Positions 24,745 through 37,326 of a stretch of DNA of 64,000 nt are shown here, piece by piece. The notes beneath the pieces were generated by a model that saw only the letters and a program-made list of their open reading frames with translations, had not been told where the DNA came from and did not search any database. Source of the DNA: Rhodosorus marinus CCMP1338 (taxonomy: Eukaryota; Plantae; Rhodophyta); assembly GCA_029953675.1 (NCBI GenBank), contig JAMWBK010000001.1:2976001-3040000 (forward strand), in the 5' to 3' direction. Within the stretch, counting starts at the first letter, position 1. Every line of letters begins with the position of its first letter. The position numbers were made by a program, and so were the translations under genes.

Positions 24745-27094
24745 GTCACCTCTCCCAAACCCCACTCAGCAACTTCCCCCCCTTCCACGGCTGCAGCCCT
24801 GCTGACTTTTTATGCCGTCAACTCTACTCCTAAATACCAACTCTCAAAGAATTGCCTGTCATTTAGCAACACACGCAAAAATAGCAAAAAATCCTCAGCA
24901 CAATCCCCACCCCCCCTCCTTTACCTCCTAATTCCTCTGGCCTTCTCTCCCACCCCTTTTTACGATACTCCTTTATCAAACTATTCCTTCATACTGTATG
25001 GTAGGAAGCAGTTTTGAGGAGAATAACCCTCGGTGGAAGAAGGGCTAGGTGGAGAGGAGGGAAAGGGGGTGGGTTGGAGTGTCATGGAAGTGAAAAGACG
25101 TTTCCCCGCGGGTGCATGTATTTTTCATTTCTTTTTTGAAAACCTCGAAAAGTTTTCTATATAATTCTATTAAAATAACCATTAAATATACTAAAGAAAT
25201 ATCGAATTATAGATTTTTTTACTCGTAGGTAGATATTTTTAAAGTATTTATTGGAAATAATTAGAAGTGTACTAGATTGGCGTTGCCTGTCGGGAGTTGA
25301 TAGGCGCTGGCTTCAGAAGAAGGGGAAGACATTGGCGTTCTCCTAGTGTTTTGGACGAAGGCGGAAAGGAATGTGTGCCCTCTCCTCCCCCCTAATCTCT
25401 GCGGTCTTTCTTAGTAGGGGACTCTTGGGGGCCCCTGGGTGAGGGTTCGTGGCTTTGCTCGCCCATTTGAATTTTGAAATTTAGATGATTAATTTTGCTT
25501 CTTCTTTGGGTCAGTTTGAGGTCCAGTCACAGAATTCATCCTTGTTTTTGGATGTATAATCCATAAAGACTCTATTAACAATATCCCGATCCGCCACCGA
25601 AAATATGCTGTTCAATTGGGCGTATACTCTATAATTATTTCATTTATATATTATTTTGAATTGTTACGGTTGACACATACCCCTTCAATTTTCGAGGTAT
25701 CTACTTAATAGCTGAATAAGAGGAATTGATAATATAAAAGTTATTCAATGGTTTTATTCGATCTATCGGAAGCGGGTTAGATTTTGGCTATATAGTTCAA
25801 AATTATGAAGTCTACGAAATCAATTGTTTCGTGAACACATGTTTCTATTGGGCGTATTCGCGACTAATTTGCTTCCCCCTGTTTTTGGAGACACCGGCGG
25901 CTTTTGTCACATTGTGAGAGAGGTTCTCCTCGGGAGGGGGGGGGGGGGTTCCAGAGAACAAGGAAATACCAAGCCAACCAAGAACAGACAATTGTCCCAA
26001 AAGAAGTTTCGCGAAGTGACTTTAATATTTAATCTAGACACTATATTAAACATATAAAGAGCCATAAATGTTCAATATCCTTCGTTGTTTATATATTTAT
26101 ATATTTTATAGGATCCAGCAACCGCGTAGCTATTTAAATTGCAAAAAAGCAATCGTCTATCTGTGAATTCATCAAAAAACTATATATTTGTCCGAACTGA
26201 GAACGGGAGGCTGTGGACGAGGAAGCCATTGACTTTTTTTTGTTCTCCACCCCCCCCTTTATTCCATTTCTACGACTCCCTTCTAATTTGCAGAATTTCC
26301 CATCCGATCCAGGAACCAGCAATGTGAATGGTTAGCATCGCGCCGTTGAAATAGTTTTGACTGATCATGTCTCAATATTATCCAAAATGATATTTGTTCG
26401 TGGATAATGATTGTTTACGGTAAAACTTTAGTTTTGTTCAAGACCAAGTTCGGGTGTGGAATTTGCTTCCTGAACTGTGTGGCGCAGGTTCGAATCTGGG
26501 CGATTCCCCAAAGGGGTTAACTGGCTACGCGAGATAAGAGCCAACGGCGGAAATTCGTAGGTGCTGTTTTGCAACCGAAGACATATTGCAATCAACTGCG
26601 GAACAAACGCTTTGAATCTTGCGCTGCAATCGCTTCTGGGTGGATTCGGCGTTGTGTAAAGTCATGACGAGAACTTTCTGGTCGATAAACTTGTCACCGC
26701 ATCTTAACCGGTGACTCGAATCTGGTTCTCCGGCAAAGACATCAGTGAACAATGGTCTCCTTAGCTGCCGACAAACTCGGGGTGAGTGAATCTCTGCATG
26801 GACTCCCACAGCCCCAAGAGGGTGGGTCTCAGCTGGCCCAAAACAAACTACGCCCTTTTATCGCGGACTAGCTCGACCGACTATTCCGTCCCCAGGTTGA
26901 ATCTCTTCGAATAACAGTACGGGCCATACCGTGTACTATGGTCTCGTACAAAGCTTGAGGAGGCTTTGACTGAGTCCGTTAAGCGTGGACGAATTGGTTG
27001 CAAGGCTGGGGCTGGAGCTCTTCAGGTGAAGTAAGAAGTTCATGTCTACGTTTCATGATTTATGAATGTATCTCTATCCTGAGGAACTGAACTG

Positions 27095-29165
27095 ATGAAG
27101 AGGTTCCTCAGTACTCGTTCTGGGCTACGCACGGAAAGCTTTGATGTTGCCATCGCAGGCGGCGGCTTGGTTGGAGCTTCCGTAGCGCTGGGGCTGGCGA
27201 GGGACAAGCTTGCGGCACCGCTTTCTGTTGCTCTAGTTGACAGCAGTTTGCCCCCGGCGAAAGAGGAGGTGCGCGAGGGAACTTTATCGGGTAGGAAGAC
27301 CTGACCGAATGCAGATACTGGCCTAAGATTTTTTTCGTTTTCTTTCTCCTAGGTCTTTGATAGGCCTACTCTACGAACTTCTACCATCTCCTTGAAATCA
27401 CATAAATGGATTCAAGGGCTTGGAGCGTGGAAAGACAAGCATGCAACGGCTTTCGGGGACATGTTCGTATATGACAAAAACCAGGGTATAACGTTCGATG
27501 CGAAACAAGATGGTAAGTGTGATCCACGCTCCGTGCTTCTCTTGACCTATTTCTCACCACTGTTGTTTCCCCTTATTTCCCGCGGCTGTTTCGTCAGAAC
27601 TGGTGCACCTAGGATACGTGGTTGAGAATGTGATATTGAGGAATGAAATGTACAAAAGGCTTCGCGAACTTCGCGGGAAAGAGAACACCGGCGCAACTAT
27701 CACCGAGATTGACGCCGGAATTTCCGAAGTCGACTACACTGGGGATCCAAAGCATGCATCAATCGTCCTTCAAGACGGGAAGAGACTCTCAGCTCAACTC
27801 ATTGTACGCAGATACTACATTTTGCGCTTGTAATCCAAGTCCGAATTGCGCTCGACTTGAAGACATCTGGCCATTGAAACGCCGCAGCTGTCTGATAGCA
27901 GCCGTGAAGAACGGATGTTCTGAACTTCATATCTGATCTGGTATACCCCACTCTCTCTCGTAACGTCACTGCATCAGGTTGGTGCGGAAGGAGCGAATTC
28001 AGTGGCCAGGCGAGAATCCGAGATTGGTTATTGGAGACATGACTACCGTCAGAGGGCCGTCGTAGCCAATGTCAAAACGAAAGACCAAAGCTCCACGGCC
28101 TGGCAGAGATTTTTGGGGAAGAGCGGTCCAGTCGCAATGTTGCCTATTAAAGGGTTTGTTCTCAACAACGTTTCCTTGCTTGAAAGAATCCTTGAATCTG
28201 AAGCGAAAGGAATATCGATTCTTATGACGCCTTGCGTAGTGGGAGTATCTCCAACGTCGTCTGGTCAACCACACCAGCTGAAGCCAAGGCATTGACGGCA
28301 ATGTCGGACGGCGAGTTTCTGAAGGAATTAAATCTGGCGTTTGAGGAGGATTGGGAGGGGCGAGTTCCTCCTCTTGCCGTCGAGGTTGTGCTCTAATCGA
28401 TACTCCAACCTGCTCAAGCTACGATTTTGGTTTTTAAATTTCTTGTTCCAAATTTGGTCCACAATGTTGCGATAGGTTGTTGGAAAACGGGCAAGCTTCC
28501 CGTTGAGCGTGTCTCACGCGACGGAATACGTCGGGAAACGACTCGTTCTTGTTGGGGATGCCGCACATGGTGTTCATCCTCTAGCAGGGCAGGGAGTAAA
28601 TCTCGGGTTTGCGGATGCTGAAGAACTTGTGGTACGTGTTCCCACTTCATACAGCGACTCTCTTGAGCTCGAATTTGGTGGTTGGGAAAAGGCCGATGAT
28701 TTGGTTTCCTAGGCTGCGCGTTTGCGCGGTCAGGAAGCAAAATCCAGTTCTTTTTTGGCAATCTGATAGCCGGCCCCATTCATCGGGGTGAAGAGCTTTG
28801 GTCGACAGGCTCACATGCCAGGGGTGATCAAAATTCTCAGAATGTATTCGAGCGCGAAGCCGGACTGACAATTCTCCTCCTTGTCCCTCGTTTATTGTGC
28901 GTTGCCTGAAAAGCGTTGCCTCGCGGTAGCTGCTTCAACTGGTAGGGCGATTGGTCTCGATGAAGCGCTCCTGCTAAAGTATCAAGGAAGGAGGATGCCG
29001 GAAAACTTGTTTATGACTGGAGTTTTGCACTCTATCAAGTCAGTTTACGAATGGGACGACCCCTCACTGGAGTCACTGCGGTCCTTCGGTGTCAAGATGG
29101 TGGACTCTATGCCGCTCGTGAAGAGAGCTATTGTAAAGTATCAAACGTTAGGAGACCTGCGCTGA
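27095..29165 (+). CDS. COQ6: Ubiquinone biosynthesis monooxygenase COQ6 (UbiH family)
   Basis: MKRFLSTRS presequence; [14 protein letters not shown] motif; LGYVVEN; VGAEGANS; [16 protein letters not shown]; [23 protein letters not shown]; multi-exon. Confidence 0.93.
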
Positions 29166-29382
29166 ATGTGCGCGTATATAGAGAGCACAAAAAGAAAACT
29201 TTTCCGGAATTCTTGCACTGAGCTGTTCTCTCTCTTCTGCGGTGACAAATACCTCCCGACGTCTGCTTCAGCTAAGCAGGGACCGTATTTCGACCTGGCT
29301 ACGTCCAACTCTATCCGGCCAGACTAGAGACTCATCACTGGAACTGGACCAAAACACACCGTGATGTTCTGCAGCCCGCCAC

Positions 29383-30936
29383 CTACCCCAGTTCTACATC
29401 ATTCAGCAACTCATTGTCCGAGTCCGGGAAGACCGTCCTCTCAGCTATTTTCCCTGAGCTTGCTATGTGTCGTTTATGCTTCGGGACGCTTAGAAACGAG
29501 GGCATGGGTTTTTGATCCGTCGAATTTGCGTCGTTGCTCCTCGCATGTCTGTCAATGTTTGGGTCAGCCGAGCAGCCTCTCAAGATCAGCATGAAACCAA
29601 TCTTCTCCCTCGGTCCAACCAGCGCTCCTGTTTGTCGATTCATACACACTTACTGAACCTTCCGTCGATTTGGCACGCTGAGAGTTTCGCTCTCGTTCGT
29701 CTGAAGTTCGTTCAAAGCTCTCTGCTCCAGTTCTGCGTCACGCCTATCGAGTTTGTTCAACACGAGTGCTCAGTGGCTTACCCGTGAAATAAAGGGACAA
29801 ACAGAACCAATCTGAAGAGCCGAATCATGCGGTCTCCTTGGCGTTGGAGCGAAAGGCTAGACTTACTGAATCCGTTTGAGTACGCCGCTTATGGATCCGG
29901 ACGGAACAAATGTCCGTTGGGTTTTAGTCGTTGTAATCTTTGAAGATGCCTCATCCGCTTGGTGCCCCTCGAGACAAGTGGTTAGCTTCATTACTTCCTT
30001 GCCGGGGTTTTCAGAAGCGGGTTTAGCTTGTGAAGCCAGCTCGCCGAGCTGAACAGCTCCCTTAATTGCTCCGCTGGGATTTTCAAAAGCGGGCTGAGCT
30101 TGTAAAGCCACTGCTTGTTGACTTCGTTGAGTCTCGCGGATGCGCTTCCTCCGAAGTCGTCTTTTCGCGGACGAAGACAGCTTCGGAATGGCAACCTGGC
30201 CTCGTTCCTCCTTGGGTCCTGGGTCGCGTATGCCAAGGTCAGCCTTGATAGTGGAAGCTCAGCACGGTTCGTAAGGAGACCCTTACCAGTATCTTCCGGA
30301 GTCCCGTCGATCTGTGGACTGGGGGTTATTTGGATTGGAACTTCTTCGTTCTTCGGCCCTTCTGATGATGAAACCGATGGTGAAGCCGATGACGTAGCCG
30401 TGGCCGACGGTGTAGGCGAAGATGAAGAATTACGTCGGACTGTGAATGAGCTGCTTGAACTGGGGTTGGAAGAATCGTTGGAAGAGCTACGAATCTTCAC
30501 AGGCTCTGCGCTTGAGGATTGCAGTGACCCAGATGAGTTCTCAACCTTTTTGTCTCCTTGAGCGAACGCTGATCTCGGACGCCTCGCAGGTTGTATACTC
30601 TCGTCTGGACTGGGGTATTTGCGAATCACCTCCAAGGTGTCTCCGTCTCTGATGATCTCGGCAGCCTGCAACAGAACAAGGAAAAGAAGGGTGGCAGATC
30701 AGTTATTGAGCACCGGTACTTGAGGTCATATCCACAGAGCATCACACCTCTGAGCTCGGTATGCTAGCACCGTTAAGCTCAAATTCCACCGGCGCTGTCC
30801 ATTTTATACGCTGCTTTACGAATTGTTCCAAATCCCGGACGGACTCAACCTCCGGGGCTAAAACCCAAATATCGCGATCCCCGTCACTTTTCAACGACTT
30901 TTTCTGGGATAGTCGAATCCGTTTCCTGCCTACCAT
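29383..30936 (-). CDS. Coilin-like protein (coilin N-terminal domain, Ser-rich linker, basic NLS-like stretch); 3' end uncertain
   Basis: RKRIRL...IWVLAPEVESVRDLEQFVKQR...FELNGASIPSSE|AAEIIRDGDTLEV resembles the coilin N-domain (W-x-L, DL, LP..ES..LRD.D.L.V). Basic SSSAKRRLRRKRIRE lies in a shifted frame. GTAAGT donors near 29865 and 29650 suggest further exons. Confidence 0.7.
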
Positions 30937-32592
30937 AGAAACTAGTTCAATAAAGAAAGCCTCTAAACATCAGCGAACGCCTAGGCTCGGCACCACATCC
31001 CAGAATCCCACGATTTCCGCATTCCCATCTGCTCAGGGTCTGATTCTCCACCAGCCCGTACCTCATGCCTCCCCCCTGGCTCCACTATCACTTGACACCA
31101 GGTTGTCATAAAACGTCTGTTACAAAAGGACTTATGTTCAATGTTGAAAACAAATAAAATTCGAAACCATAATATCGAAAATATTTAGAAAAACCTGCCA
31201 GGTTCTGGTTGCGTATCAGACAGATTTTTCATAGATTTTCGTTGAAACGCACTGGATTTTCTTCGTTTATTCCATGTTATTGTACTAAGCCTTGTACTAG
31301 GAATATTTATCGGACGCAACATGACATTTTTGACACGCATCTAGTAAAAAGGGGTGTTGTGTATTTCCATAAAATTTGTTGGCCAGGGTTCGGGGCCAAT
31401 GTTGAAAACGGAATGGGAAGTTGCATCTGTGGGGAATGGGCGAGGGATATCCAAGGACTTCATCGTGAACAGTTCGCCAAGCGTTCATGACGCAGGAGCT
31501 GACGTGGCCTCTATTTTACTTGATAACAGGTAGGTAACGTCAGCGGAAAGGCCTAGATCCGAAAGAAGAATCACACATTGGAACGGACTGGTGACCAAAA
31601 CACCCCCCGCCCCAGCTTCGACACTCATAAACATGGTTCGAGGTTTGAACCCCGGCTCGCAGCTGGATTATGAGCTATGGGTGGTGGAATGAGTATGTGT
31701 TTGGTTCCATGAGGTCCAGGATGGCAATTGCTCTATATCGGCGGGACAGTTTTCTGTTCCTTGTCCAAAGTCGGGCGTTCGGGATTTCCGGGTAGAAGTG
31801 AAAGAGACACCATATTAGGCACTCCGTTTCAGGCCGTATGACACATTGCTTCGAATTCATTGATCGACATTGGGTCTAGGCGTCACGCAAGCCCCCGGAC
31901 CGTTGAAAGCAGCTAACGATACCAAAACCTGAGTGTGTGGTCGACTTCAGCCTAGCTCAAACAATCGAAAATCGTCTCTCTGGCCCGGGTTTATGGTACC
32001 GGATGTTCCGCGGCACCATCCATCAATTTCCTGAAGACGGTTTGACCGCTCGAGCAACCCTCAACATAATAGTACGATGTGTCCCGTGAGTCCGGTCCTG
32101 TCCCATATTCTGGGACAGCTTTGATATTGAATTATGAATTGTTTATTAGCCGTTCTGTGATAGGCGATTGCACAGCTATTTTAAAGCTACGCAAGGACAA
32201 GTGCGGCCAAGTTGAACCATTGCCAAAGCTCGGCTACTATGCTAGTTTGTGCGTGGAGCCTAGGAAAACGCCAGCACTGAAAGTATAACCTGCTCTCTTG
32301 AACTGAACGACTTCATAGGTAGCCTGTTGTTTCCCTTGGCCCCAATGAGGTACCGAGCAAAGTCCGCGAGATAGTCGATCTGGCATGAGAGTAAGCGTCA
32401 TTTACGCTAGCGATTACCATGCCCTACACTTTTCATTATCAGTCGCAGAGTTTTAGCACGGTTTGCTTTAATGTATGACTGTCGAATACGGAACTAGTTG
32501 TCACGCAGGCTCAGTATGCGCCTCGCTGAGGAGCAGAGCTGCATGATTCTAATCCGCGAACTGACTCGCAACCGGCTCGGCGACGGAGCGGG

Positions 32593-33414
32593 CTAGACCC
32601 GACCCGCTGAGTAGAATTTGGTCTCTATTTCCTCAAATTGGGGTGGAAAAGGCGGACATGGATCCCAAGGGAATGGGCAGTAAAAACACATGCCGCTGTC
32701 GGTAATTCTGCTTTCCTCTGGGACTTTTGTGACCTCAACTCGGACACCGTCTTTTTGGATAATGATGCCGTCCTCTACTTCTTCAACCTCAACGGGACTG
32801 TCGTTGTACGGATCCTCACCTTTTTGAGACTGGAGGGCTCCAAGGGCTTCGTGATGATGGCCAATGCACTTGAACATACACTGTAGGTTGCACTGCCACC
32901 ATGACAGGTAGCCAGGGTGAGATTTGATCAAGCAACCAGCCTTGCATAACGATAGGCAAGCAGCAGAGTTTGTTTTGACACATGGTGCGATCCCCAGTGG
33001 AGCCGAGGCCTCACAGCGTGCTGATTGAAGTTTCAGGTATCCCTTATCACGGTCGTCGATAACCTCACGAATAGCCGATTCCGATGCGTCACGGAGGCTG
33101 ATCTTCGCCTCATATTCACCTTCACGGACGACCAAGGTCTCGTAAAGCTTCGAATCCTTGCATTCGGTAGGGCATCCGTACACACAAACCCACCACGAGT
33201 CAGTCAATGCAGCGTCGGTCACGTAGCAAACCAACTTGCAGGCAAGGACGCATGTGCCGAAAGCCGTGTCAGCTCCCCCATCAATTTCAACGGACGACAC
33301 GTCAAAAGGCTGAAATTGTGGTCGCGCGTCTAGAGTTTTCGTACTCACTGCAATCGCACTCACACTCACGTTGAGTAGCAGGCATGCAGCCACAAGTGTC
33401 GATATGATTTTCAT
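32593..33414 (-). CDS. Secreted Cys-rich modular protein (signal peptide, two identically spaced six-Cys cassettes, C-terminal CFYCPFPWDPC)
   Basis: Intronless 273-aa ORF; MKIISTLVAACLLLNVSVSA signal peptide; TATA box ~95 nt upstream. Confidence 0.85.
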   Translation of the reverse strand: MKIISTLVAACLLLNVSVSAIAVSTKTLDARPQFQPFDVSSVEIDGGADTAFGTCVLACKLVCYVTDAALTDSWWVCVYGCPTECKDSKLYETLVVREGEYEAKISLRDASESAIREVIDDRDKGYLKLQSARCEASAPLGIAPCVKTNSAACLSLCKAGCLIKSHPGYLSWWQCNLQCMFKCIGHHHEALGALQSQKGEDPYNDSPVEVEEVEDGIIIQKDGVRVEVTKVPEESRITDSGMCFYCPFPWDPCPPFPPQFEEIETKFYSAGRV

Positions 33415-33507
33415 TGTCCAGTATTCACTCTCAATCCTAAAAGTTCACTATACTTCAGTTTGTTTCTCCGGGTAGTATTCCATCCCGAAATCGCACTCAG
33501 GGCAGGC

Positions 33508-33514
33508 TTATATA
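33508..33514 (-). promoter_or_regulatory. TATA box (TATATAA) of the Cys-rich gene
   Basis: Minus-strand GGCTATATAAGCC ~95 nt upstream of the ATG at 33414. Confidence 0.6.
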
Positions 33515-34758
33515 GCCTCTCATGTGCACGGTGATTGCTTTCCACAAGCTCAGAAGCTTGGCTAGAGCTCATGGAAACGTCGGCATTCTGATACGCTGCA
33601 ATATCGTAAGTTGATTAAATTATCACCTAATCGCCCTTAGAATCAATGTGCACTGTTTTTTTCAGGACACACTGTGCACTCCAAGTTTTAAGCAAACGCT
33701 CACCGGATTGATTATTGCGTGGAGCGTCTGCAAGATGAGCCACTTTTCTCAATCGCCAAGGTTTAGATCCAGATTAGGAGAGGTAGTAGTCACAGAGCGC
33801 ACTCATCAATAGATCCTCGGCGAATCATTTTTTGCTGAAGCCCTCAAATAGGATGGGGTAACATGGCGGTATGCACACTCAGCCAGCTGCTAGACGAAAA
33901 CCCCCAAAACCGCCAAGCTTTATGACACGTCTTGTTTGAGGATTGGCCACGCCGGTGCAGACTCTGTCCTGACCCCCATCACGGTGAGCAGTATGAGTGA
34001 GCATCGGAGCGAAGATAAAATTTTCCGTCTATCCACGACAGTATCAAAGATTGTCAAGTTCTCATCGTCACGGTGATGATCATATCGTTGGCTCTCACTC
34101 ATGGACTTTATGTTCATAAGTTCAATCAAAGAATATTCGAGTGATACCCAATAACAATCAGGAACTCAAGGTAAGCCATAATAATTGGACACAGAACTCT
34201 TTAGAAACGTTAAAGACCAATCTTCTCTCGCTTTCAAAAGTATAGTCCAATCATTTAGTCTACATACTAATTTTACCGAAAAACATGTTCTGGATCGTGC
34301 GTAAATTCTAAATCTAAACATTGCTCGTCAACGTCTCTTAGAAAGCTTGCAGATTTCAACATTCAGACGAAAATAAATTGTCAATAAATTTGGACTTGGT
34401 CAGTCAATTTGTGTTTTTCTCAGGTTGCTTTGATTTTCTTGTGAGTTTTTCACGTAAAAGCTTTGCTCCCTAAAAATTGTTTTGTTTCTTTCAATTCCGC
34501 TCAGCGTCAGCGGCTTGACGGGTGACGTGCATCCATGGCAGCTTCGTCAATTCGCACTGTATTCGCGTATTCCCACGTAGTGGAAAGGTGGAAGAATTGG
34601 TCTGGCCACTTTGAGGTGGCGAATGATACTAGGGGCCTTAAAATTGCGGTGATAAAGCTTGCCAGGCACAGGCTAGCCATTGCACTCAGCTAACTACAGA
34701 TAGGCTGAGAGTAAGAGCCTTGAGCGTATGTTGGTCTGTCACGAGATACGAAGGAAGC

Positions 34759-35265
34759 ATGGAGAGGTTTTCTAGACTACTGGCAAGACGATCTGTTGAG
34801 GCCAGGGGAGCACGTACCTGGTGGTTGGGTAGACTCCATCATAGGGCTACGATGTTTACTGGACCCTTCGCTTCTCGGAGACCACGTGTCATCTATGGTG
34901 ATGAGCATCTAGCTCCATTCACGGGGAAGAAGATTCCTAGAGCAGGCGATGGAATAGAATCAGAAGAAGAGAAGAAACGGATGATCCCGCCTGGAGAAGA
35001 ACCAGACCCATTGGAACCAACCAAACAAGGAAACAAGTAGAGAACAAACCTTTCGTTGGGATTGCGAGCGCAGTCTTACCGAACACGTACGGCTTGGAAA
35101 CAAAGTCCCTGGAAAGGCGAGAAAGCTATCGAAAGCTGAAGAAGGTGAGTATTCCAAGGATTGACTGCAAACCCGCATTTCTTCTCAACATTGTGTAAGA
35201 AGGAAAGCGCAACGCGCTGTTTTGCAGGATGATTGATTCCATTGCCATTGCACAAGACAACTCAG
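34759..35265 (+). CDS. Hypothetical protein with mitochondrial-type presequence
   Basis: MERFSRLLARRSVEARGARTWWLGRL start. The frame appears to shift in an A-rich tract near 35030. GTGAGT donor ~35145 and TTTTGCAG acceptor ~35228. Confidence 0.5.
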
Positions 35266-36373
35266 CAAGCTGAAAACATTCTCATGACCAGGAGCCTGTG
35301 CCAGAAAACTAGTAGCGCCCAAAAGCAAGGAGGGACGCACCAAAACTCACCGAACAATAAACAGCAGAGGAAAGCCCTATAATCACCATTTCATATCATC
35401 GTTCCCTCCAACGAACACTGTATCCACATCGCTTGTCCAGCAAGGGTATTTCGAAGCGGGAGGACAGATCGTTCTCGCCTAACTCCCTCGGCCGAAACCC
35501 CCTACACTTCCGATCAATCCATCTCTCCAAGCTCTTAAAAACTCAATCACCCCCCTCCACTACATCCCTCTTCGATTTTTCGTTCTCATAATATGTTCGT
35601 TTTAGTGAACAATATCAAACCCTCCTCGTCCTAACCATCCCCCCCTCCCGTTTTCCACAGCAGATTTCTACAACGAAATCCGATCCCGCTCGATGGGTCT
35701 CGAGAAATCTCACATAGTCATGTGTTTCGGTTAGACAAATAGAATCCCGCGAAAAAAGGGGCGATTCCAGGCTATCAGCTTGGCCAACAAGCGCAGCCAA
35801 AAAGCCAAACAAAAAAAAACAACAAACGAAAACTCCAATGTCCCGATCATTCGAGATCCCGCCGATCAAATTTAATTTTTTTAATTATTAAAAAATAGTC
35901 ATAGATAAAATACAATGTATATATTGTAATATAGGATAGGCTTCTTGTCCCATTCTTGATCGGATTTGCATTGGGGGCGCTTATGATTTTTTTGGTTGGG
36001 GAGGGGCGGAGGGGTGTAGGAAATATTGTATTTGAAAGAATAATGAGGGAAGGGATCGCGTGTGCGGATTTCCTCGAATCCCGCGGGAAATTATTGCTGA
36101 TATTTTTTTTTTTGAGTTTTGAACAAGTTTGGGTTGAGGCGTCCCATTTACTTATATATATATTTTTTGAAAGTTGATGAGAGATACGTCTTGACAGGTG
36201 AGACATGCATTTGAGGGAGGGAAGGGTGAAGCTGAGTGACGAGGGACTTGTTGGGAGAGGGGTTGCAGTGAGCGCTTGGAACGGGTGTGAGTCGATTCCT
36301 GTATTTTTTTTTATTTTGAGGAAACGAGTTTGTTTCTTGTTTGTTTGTTGAGAGCTTTTAACCGAAAAGCAAA

Positions 36374-36791
36374 ATGAACAGCGTGTTAAGCAAGATGAGC
36401 AGGGTGACCTCGCCTGCGTATACTGGATCCGTCAGGAACTTGGCTCGTGGTGCGGATAAGGGCAGGTAAGCTGCCAGAGATTGAATCTGCTCATCCTTGT
36501 GAATACAAAGAACTGACTGTGATATCAAAAATCTCCTTCAAACTTTCCCGACGAAGTAGCAGCGCATTTTACAAGACGTACGAGTTGAAACCCGAGATGG
36601 CTTCCTTCCTTGGACAGTCTAGCATGACTTCCCAGGCGGCGCTAAAGGCTCTCTATGACTATATCAACGCGAACGGGCTGCGAGCTGGAAAAAGCATCAC
36701 CTGTGATTCCAAGCTGAAAGCGATTTCTGGCAAGACCGAGATGACTCCTCCAGACGTCATGAAGATGATGTGGCAGAATCTCGTCCGCTGA
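36374..36791 (+). CDS. Stand-alone SWIB/MDM2-domain protein with organellar presequence
   Basis: Exon 1 MNSVLSKMSRVTSPAYTGSVRNLARG. After one GT-AG intron: YELKPEMASFLG...LKALYDYINANGL...ITCDSKLKAISGK. Confidence 0.85.
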
Positions 36792-37326
36792 AAGGCATGG
36801 TATCTAGGACTTGCGTCGCAGTAGTTCAAAACTGTCTTCATGTAGCGATTAAAGTAGGGGAGGAATAAATCTGACTGCGATCTTAGGGAATTGAGAATCG
36901 AACTTTGGGGCTCCTAGGAAGACCTTTATCCTCCTTGGATGAACAGTATCCCAGGACTCCTGCGTCCGGCGAACTTCGCAGGTAGTAGCCTTCCGCATCA
37001 CGCAGTCAGAATCGAGGATCAGATCGAGAGTTGAAAGCTTCGCAAGGTACTGAAAACGCAGACGACGGGACCTACCGGCTGCGGCAGACCGAGCAATCGC
37101 TTCGAGCACTTACCACAGGCTTCCCTCGACCTTGGTCGCGGTGGAGCTTCGTCAGTTACGAGTGCTCTGAGCAGCAGATCCGTGGTGACGTCAGTGGCAG
37201 TAGGCGGGTAGCTGTGCCTTTCGGAAAGCCCGGAAAGTCCCAGCCTTCCACTGTCCTGGGTGAACCCGAAGCGGCTCCAACGGTCTTGGGTTTCGTTAAC
37301 GAATCAAGTTAATCTTTTTACATCCA

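Noticed and set aside
26480-26500. GGTTCGAATC T-loop/B-box-like motif (tRNA?)
   Set aside because: T-stem pairs poorly and no acceptor, D or anticodon arms can be built; a similar motif near 31640 also fails.
27857-27935. Possible C/D snoRNA in a COQ6 intron (TGAAGA...CTGA...TGAAGA...CTGA)
   Set aside because: Both C boxes deviate from RUGAUGA, there is no terminal stem, and no rRNA complementarity was recognised.
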